Positions 58,403-64,000 of a stretch of DNA of 64,000 nt are shown piece after piece. The notes under the pieces were generated by a model, which made no database searches, was not told the origin of the DNA, and worked only from the letters and a program-made list of their open reading frames with translations. Numbering within the stretch: position 1 is the first letter of the stretch; each line of letters begins with the position of its first letter. This stretch comes from a virus (lineage: Duplodnaviria > Caudoviricetes), in the IMG/VR virus record IMGVR_UViG_2875499822_000002, positions 24,252 through 88,251 of that record. One strand, 5' to 3'. Made by a program: the position numbers and the translations under genes.

Positions 58403-59095
58403 TTACTTCTTATTCAGCTGCTCCAGCAGGCTGCTCTGTGACTTGCCAAAATTCTTGACTAGATCAAGGTAACGCTTGGACTTTCGAAACTCTTCTTCCT
58501 CACCTTCGTAAGTGTAGTCGAAGCCAGCCTTTGTACACCATTCCTCCAGGGTCATCTTCGTACCATCTTGCCTGGGGCGAACCCACGGGCAATGGATGTT
58601 TTTGCACTGAAAGATAAATATAAAATGAACGCCATTTTGCTTAGCCACGCACTTATATTTCCTGGCATCGACTAGATCAGGGATGACACCTTTGCCTTCC
58701 CATATGATTCTGTCGTTGAGCGAATCGACCCAATCTGGCTGATACGTGTGTTGGGTGACGTAGCTAAGCTTGTAATGTTCTGGCTCATACTCGCAGTCTC
58801 TCAAGCCACCGAACAGTGTTGCCATTACTTCTAGCCAGCTTCTGAAGGGCTTCGGCACTGGTGGTAGTTCAGGAGGAAACAGTACGTCTTCCAGAGCTAC
58901 AGGCTTTCTCCCGAAGACTTGCTCGTTACGCTCGTTCCAGTTGAATTTCTGTCCAGCGTATCTGCAGGCTAGGCCAGTCTTGTAGACGAGCTCCAGATCA
59001 GTTTCCTTGTATCCATTCATTTTCATAAACAGATTTCTGATTTCCATGACCTCGCCCATATTGATGAGCTCGGGAATATTTAATGCTGTGGTCAT
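58403..59095 (-). CDS. T7 endonuclease I-like nuclease with N-terminal extension
   Basis: FRS.LE, YE...L.Y, H.Y.PDW, E.KG and D.RK motifs. Confidence 0.75.
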   Translation of the reverse strand: MTTALNIPELINMGEVMEIRNLFMKMNGYKETDLELVYKTGLACRYAGQKFNWNERNEQVFGRKPVALEDVLFPPELPPVPKPFRSWLEVMATLFGGLRDCEYEPEHYKLSYVTQHTYQPDWVDSLNDRIIWEGKGVIPDLVDARKYKCVAKQNGVHFIFIFQCKNIHCPWVRPRQDGTKMTLEEWCTKAGFDYTYEGEEEEFRKSKRYLDLVKNFGKSQSSLLEQLNKK

Positions 59096-59223
59096 AGCTT
59101 TTTCCTTTTTCTTATTGCTATACCTTCAATGGTAAAGAGGAGCTTCTGGCCGTTCAATAGCAGTGATAGTTGTTTGACAAAATAAATATCCGAGGTATAT
59201 CGCCATCCATGGCGACAAGTTCC

Positions 59224-61449
59224 TCAGACGTAGCGATTCATTTGGGCAAGCGAGCCTGGGGTGATCACATAAAATTTATGATCTGTGCTTTCCCTGCGTC
59301 TCACCTTTAATCCGAACTGAGAGAAAATCTTGCTGATCTCAGCTTTCTTCGCCTGGTCTGATTTCGGTGCTCCCATCTTGATTCCAAGGCTCAAGACATC
59401 AAATCGATGAGCATTCAATTTATCAAATAAGCAAATACTGTCTGAGCCCTCCCATGACTTCGATTCTGACATGACGGTGAGCGCCTCCCGCAGCAACCTG
59501 AGAGGCTTGAAAAGTGATTGGGTGGAAGTAATTCGTCCATCGTCGTTCATCAGCATGTCAAAATTTCGAATTTTAGACTCGCCTTCACCCTCGCCCCACA
59601 GCTTCGCATCAGCCTCAGTGAAGGTCTTTACACTCATGATTTCTTCAGCTTGAGCACGAATAACCTGGAAGCGCTGGGACTCATCTGCGGAGCCGGCGTC
59701 AGCCACCAGATCAACAATCTCTCGGGATGCTGGGGTGGAAGCGAGCAGCTTTGCAGTCACGTCATCCTTGACGACTTGCCGACCCTGGGCGTTCGCTACA
59801 AAACCTGCTTTAGACTCGTCATCATTGTGTTGAAGCACGCTGATCTGAAAGCCTTGGGCGAGCAGAGTTGCTGGAAGCGTGTTTGCGATGTTGTCTTTCA
59901 GCCATGCCTCATCGGAGCAATGCTTGTACTCAAGCGCTTTGAATCCAACGAGCTGGGACTCGGAATAGACTGCCAGGCGGATCTTTCTTTTGGTGACATC
60001 ATCAAGCGGAAGAGCACTCAGGGCTTCATCGATCTGCAGTCGCGCCTTATGGAAACTCACTTCAACTGCCTCGGCCTTGCTGTACTTGGCCGACCTGATT
60101 CCAACGACGAAGGACTTTGCTTTCCTATCGCGCCTCATCATCTGGATAGCGTCACGTGGGATAACCTGACCCTGGAATAAGCCGAAACGAGCATCGAAAT
60201 GACCTGAAGTGATAGAGAGGGCCGAGGTGATCACAGGGCTGTAAATCACTACCCGATAATCAGTGGTGTTGGGATCAGCGATGAATGCTGCCTGTTCCTT
60301 CCACTTGGCGTTGTCAGCAGTGATCACCAGAGGGGGCGGCCCACCTGCTTTTTCTATGGCTTTCGCCAAGGCTGTGGCCTCTTTGACCACATCGCAGGAG
60401 ACTAAAACCTTGCTTCCTTCGGCGGCAGCTCTGATAGCCAGTGCTCTAACATGGTTGATCTCCCCCAAGTGAACCTCGATCTTGGAGTGATCTTGCTTTT
60501 TCGAGAAAAGACGTGCCTCGCCGATCAGATCAGCACACCTGGTATCGATGTCGGCATCGCTGAGGATCACGTTAGCTGCGCGTTTGACGACAAAATTCAG
60601 AGCTTTCCATACCGCCTGGCGCTCTTTGACCTCGCCACCAAGGACGTGCGAGATGACCTGGGATGCTTCGTCGATCACAACCAGATCGACAGACTCAATG
60701 AACGCTTTGAATTTGTTCGCGGCCAGCGAGTTGACGACGATTTTCAGCCCTTGCGCCTGCTCGATCACCTCTAGGCTATTGCACTCGTCGTAGCTAACGA
60801 TACCCGGAAGGTTGGCGATGTTTTTATTGATCGACCGGCGATGCGAGATCACCAAGACTTTCTTGCCAGCGTCCAGGTACTGCTGCAGGACGGGCTCAAT
60901 GATCTTGGACGTTTTGCCATAGCCGGTGGGAAGGCTCAACAGGTATTTACCGCCGTTCGCTAGGATCGCGTCTCTGACTGATTCAGGACTCGCAGGCGTC
61001 TCGCCTTCAGTCTTTAGGAGGTTTGAGCGGGCATCCATCTGCGCGGTCATCTCCGCGAGCTTGCGGTAAATCAAGTTGTAGCAAGCTTCCACTGGACGAC
61101 CCGTTGCCTGGGCCAAGCACTCAGCTTTGCTGTCGAGCTTTCCTGAGACAAAAGCGTCGCGGGCCACTTCGAAGGCTGCTCTGTCGAAAGCGTCGTCGCT
61201 GTCGTCGTTGCGAGCAATGAGCAGTGCGATGTCGAGCTTGCGCATGTTGTAGATGCAGGTGGTGATCTGACCTTCAGTCTCACTATAGAGACCAGATGCT
61301 GTCTTGTACGCTGCAGAGACCGCTCGTACTGCATCACCTTCGATACTGATCAGGCGACTCCTAGATGGAAAGTCGTCTTTGGCTTGTGCGGCCACTTCGA
61401 AGACTTCTGGGGTGTTGGCGATCAGGGTCACTTCTTTTGCAATATTCAT
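59224..61449 (-). CDS. SF2 helicase-like origin-binding replication protein (UL9/CyRepA1-like)
   Basis: PTGYGKT, VISHR, VIDEASQ, YSP.I.S..SI and Q...R.R motifs. Confidence 0.75.
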   Translation of the reverse strand: MNIAKEVTLIANTPEVFEVAAQAKDDFPSRSRLISIEGDAVRAVSAAYKTASGLYSETEGQITTCIYNMRKLDIALLIARNDDSDDAFDRAAFEVARDAFVSGKLDSKAECLAQATGRPVEACYNLIYRKLAEMTAQMDARSNLLKTEGETPASPESVRDAILANGGKYLLSLPTGYGKTSKIIEPVLQQYLDAGKKVLVISHRRSINKNIANLPGIVSYDECNSLEVIEQAQGLKIVVNSLAANKFKAFIESVDLVVIDEASQVISHVLGGEVKERQAVWKALNFVVKRAANVILSDADIDTRCADLIGEARLFSKKQDHSKIEVHLGEINHVRALAIRAAAEGSKVLVSCDVVKEATALAKAIEKAGGPPPLVITADNAKWKEQAAFIADPNTTDYRVVIYSPVITSALSITSGHFDARFGLFQGQVIPRDAIQMMRRDRKAKSFVVGIRSAKYSKAEAVEVSFHKARLQIDEALSALPLDDVTKRKIRLAVYSESQLVGFKALEYKHCSDEAWLKDNIANTLPATLLAQGFQISVLQHNDDESKAGFVANAQGRQVVKDDVTAKLLASTPASREIVDLVADAGSADESQRFQVIRAQAEEIMSVKTFTEADAKLWGEGEGESKIRNFDMLMNDDGRITSTQSLFKPLRLLREALTVMSESKSWEGSDSICLFDKLNAHRFDVLSLGIKMGAPKSDQAKKAEISKIFSQFGLKVRRRESTDHKFYVITPGSLAQMNRYV

Positions 61450-61590
61450 ACTTCTTTCCTTTTTGATACTCAAGGTTCTCTCTGCCTTGATACAAACAGT
61501 ATTGAAAATGAGCACAACCAAGCACAAGCGAAAAATGCAAACTAGACAAAATATTTATATCTAATAGACAAAATAATTTCGAAGTTATTT

Positions 61591-61710
61591 AAAAGCAGAT
61601 TCTCTTAGCCAAAGTTTTTAGGGCACCCCCACTACCTCTCTCTTTATAAGAAGAAAATAGGTAGCAGGGGTAGCGTGGGTGGCTTGCAGCCTTTATATGT
61701 TTGATTCAGA
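61591..61710. repeat. Copy 2 of the duplicated hairpin element, in the divergent rep intergenic region (candidate origin)
   Basis: TTCTCTTAGCCAAAGTT at 61600-61616; IR 61625-61637/61659-61671; TAGACAAAATA direct repeats at 61543 and 61565. Confidence 0.75.
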
Positions 61711-61888
61711 GAATCTCAGCAGTCAATACCCTACAGAAATTAAACACTCACAAACCAATACCAACCCAAGGAAAGCCCATTCAAAACCCAGCCCAACATT
61801 TTTTTTGATGAATAGTATTGCACCACCCTTTGCTCCATTTGTTTAATGGACACAGATGAGCGAGAGACTCGTCAAAAGGAGATTCAGC

Positions 61889-63208
61889 ATGATCAACTAT
61901 TCAACACAAAGTTGGGCCTCAACGAACAGCCTGACAGCCGCTAACGCCAGCAACTTATTATCTTTCTACGAAAAGCATTTCGCAGAACCACTTGTTCTTG
62001 AAGATAAAGAAAGAGCTTCCACTTTCGTTCCTGCTCTGTTCCGCATCCCAACTAGGCATGCAGACAACGTCGTGTCTTCGACCCTGGTCGTGTTTGACGT
62101 TGATCAGAAGCTCGGCGAAGGCTACGACGACGACATGATCCAGCTCGAAGAGATTGAGGATGCCCTGATCGACTTGTGTCTTGAGCACATTGTCTACACA
62201 AGCCACTCGCACACCCAGACAGCTCCGCGCTTCCGGATCATCCTCACGCCATCACGCCCTGTTCTCCCCGAAGAGCACGATCAGTTCTACGCTGCGATCC
62301 TTGAGCAGATCGATGACTTCCTAGGCGGGAGGATGCTGCGAGCTCTAGATCCTTGCTGGAAGAGTCTCTCGCACTGCTTCTACGTGTACACCGCGCACCC
62401 TGACCGCAAGCAATACGCAATCAGCTTCTACAATCCTGGCAGGCCAGCAGACGTACTTGAGTACCTGCTACACAATTCCACCTATGGCCTGGATGTCGAA
62501 TACAAGCCGGGTGCCGCTCGAAAAGCCACAGGTGGTACAGGCGCACGCGGACGTTCATACCAGCTGAACCGCATCGTCGGCGGCATGATCACGTCATCAA
62601 CAGAAGAAGAGATTGCACAGCGGTTGTTTGAGTACGACAACGCTGAACATGCAGGCAATGAATACTTCCGCGACCGGCAGTACAGCCGAAACCGCCCACG
62701 TCCAGGCGAGAGCCAAGAAACTGCGGCATGGCGCTCATGCAAGATCTTCACGAAGTCTCACATCAACTCTCTAAAGCGCAAATTCCGCAAGCAAGACATG
62801 CAGATCGTCAACGCCAAGGCGCAGTCCAGGGAGCCCATGCCAACCCATGACGCGATGATTAAGGTCAGGTCTGTCAAAAGCCAACTCACAAAAAAAGGTG
62901 GCCAGTCCGCCCTTGTCGAGCTTCAGGTGATGTCGGGTGAGCACGCAGGCCGTCACTTCTGGCACCGGTTCTACGGGGAAGGCAGTCATCCCACGGCTAT
63001 CAAGATCAGCAAATCGATTCAAGACAAAATCGCCAAAGCCACCAGAACCGATATGCAGCAACTGAAGGACTTAATTAAAGCCGAGGGGCATATAATTCTG
63101 GCCAGAATCAAACAAAACCCAGGAACTAACGGCTTCCCCGCTCAAAACGAAATCGGTGATTTACATTTGACAACAAACCACACACAACAGAAGAATGTGG
63201 TATTATAA
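61889..63208 (+). CDS. AEP-like primase with C-terminal DUF669-like (ssDNA-binding) domain
   Basis: VFDVD, YTSHSH and PRFRI motifs; C-terminal GEHAGR.FW...NEI; AAGGAG RBS. Confidence 0.7.
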   Translation: MINYSTQSWASTNSLTAANASNLLSFYEKHFAEPLVLEDKERASTFVPALFRIPTRHADNVVSSTLVVFDVDQKLGEGYDDDMIQLEEIEDALIDLCLEHIVYTSHSHTQTAPRFRIILTPSRPVLPEEHDQFYAAILEQIDDFLGGRMLRALDPCWKSLSHCFYVYTAHPDRKQYAISFYNPGRPADVLEYLLHNSTYGLDVEYKPGAARKATGGTGARGRSYQLNRIVGGMITSSTEEEIAQRLFEYDNAEHAGNEYFRDRQYSRNRPRPGESQETAAWRSCKIFTKSHINSLKRKFRKQDMQIVNAKAQSREPMPTHDAMIKVRSVKSQLTKKGGQSALVELQVMSGEHAGRHFWHRFYGEGSHPTAIKISKSIQDKIAKATRTDMQQLKDLIKAEGHIILARIKQNPGTNGFPAQNEIGDLHLTTNHTQQKNVVL

Positions 63209-63253
63209 GTAATGCTTTGAAGTTTCCTTCCTTTTCTTCTTAGCATCACCCCT

Positions 63254-63291
63254 AGCCCCTCACTGGTCTCTCTCCCAGCGGGGCTTTTTTT
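63254..63291 (+). terminator. Intrinsic terminator
   Basis: AGCCCC..CTGG/CCAG.GGGGCT stem followed by a T-run. Confidence 0.75.
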
Positions 63292-63524
63292 CGTCCCGAG
63301 ATCCGATCAGAGTCTCTTCTAAGCATACTCATAGTTAAGGGTATGCTGTCCGCATACTATGAAATAAATGGGTTCCGTGCCTTGACGGCGGTCTGGAAAA
63401 TAATTTTACATATATTGACACGAGCACAACCGCTCGGACTGGCTCGCTAGGTACGACACCCAGGGCCACAGCGTAAAAAGGTATCGCTGACAGCCACGAT
63501 GGCGGGCATTACCGGGTATGAGAG

Positions 63525-63746
63525 ATGCAAAAGGATATCGCGCAGGACATGGGCTTTTTGACCGAAAACGATGTTGCGGAGCTGTTCGGCGTTACCAAGC
63601 CCACTTTGGAGAACTGGCGCAGGCATGGCACCGGCCCGGCCTACGCTTACGCCGGCAATTGCTTTTTTTACCCTGTGCAGGGAATCAGCACGTTCCTGAT
63701 GGCTAGGGTGAAGGGGTTCGGCTTCAGCCAGGGACAAGGAGCATGA
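63525..63746 (+). CDS. AlpA/excisionase-like HTH protein
   Basis: FLTE.DVA...GV...TL..WR..G.GP.Y motif. Confidence 0.85.
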   Translation: MQKDIAQDMGFLTENDVAELFGVTKPTLENWRRHGTGPAYAYAGNCFFYPVQGISTFLMARVKGFGFSQGQGA

Positions 63747-64000
63747 ACATGGAAATGAATATGGATCATGCCACCATGCGCAATACCCTGGCGAATGAGC
63801 TTGGTTTCATGACTGAAGACCAGGTTGCATTGCTTGCGATGGTGAAACCTACTACTGTCGAAGACTGGAGGAAAAGAGGAAATGGCCCGGCGTATACCCG
63901 CTTTGGATCTGCATTCTTCTATGCTATTGATGACGTCAAGGATCATATCAAATCGCTGATGAAGCAGCGGAGCAGAGAAGATATCATCCGGTCAATCTAA
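63743..64000 (+). CDS. AlpA/excisionase-like HTH protein (paralog)
   Basis: FMTEDQVA....V...T..DWR..G.GPAY motif. Confidence 0.85.
   Translation: MNMEMNMDHATMRNTLANELGFMTEDQVALLAMVKPTTVEDWRKRGNGPAYTRFGSAFFYAIDDVKDHIKSLMKQRSREDIIRSI

Larger units (their letters stand above)
14448..64000. mobile_element. Element B: integrated siphovirus-like prophage with relaxase module (right end outside window)
   Basis: Begins at the dusA breakpoint (CGTGTGCA direct repeats at 14483 and 14494); head, tail, lysis and replication genes; excisionase-like genes at the far end. Confidence 0.75.

Noticed and set aside
1-64000. tRNA, rRNA or IS transposase genes
   Set aside because: None recognised by eye; a tRNAscan/Infernal/ISEScan run would be needed to exclude them.

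Overview
This is a Pseudomonas-type chromosomal window (host inferred from MvaT, PrtN-family and DusA N-terminal sequences) holding two mobile elements apparently stacked in tandem at the dusA integration site. Element A (<1-~14447) is the right part of a temperate prophage. It carries a Prim-Pol/helicase replication gene with iterons, DksA/TraR, cII, cro, cI, two PrtN-like genes and a dusA-associated tyrosine integrase. Its cargo is a hybrid sensor kinase plus an HD-GYP response regulator, bracketed by 24-bp quasi-palindromic sites. Element B (~14448->64000) encodes a near-complete siphovirus-like virion: terminase, portal, scaffold, P22-coat-like capsid, tail tube, frameshifted chaperones, tape measure, tail tip and lysis cassette. 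It also has a MobC/MOB_P relaxase module with a candidate oriT, a helicase/primase replicon, its own MvaT silencer and many morons, with no CI-like repressor visible. The strongest unexplained signals are: (1) capsid and scaffold share an N-terminal RxNx[IL]VxLxAYG[ND]D leader, and a stand-alone C39-like cysteine peptidase sits in the terminase operon; (2) most virion modules are preceded by AAnAAnAA (Hfq/Crc-type) leaders and several by their own extended -10 promoters; (3) a seven-copy palindromic array with exact 21-bp period lies beside oriT; (4) a ~120-155 bp hairpin element is duplicated 24 kb apart. All family assignments come from motif recognition by eye, not database searches.
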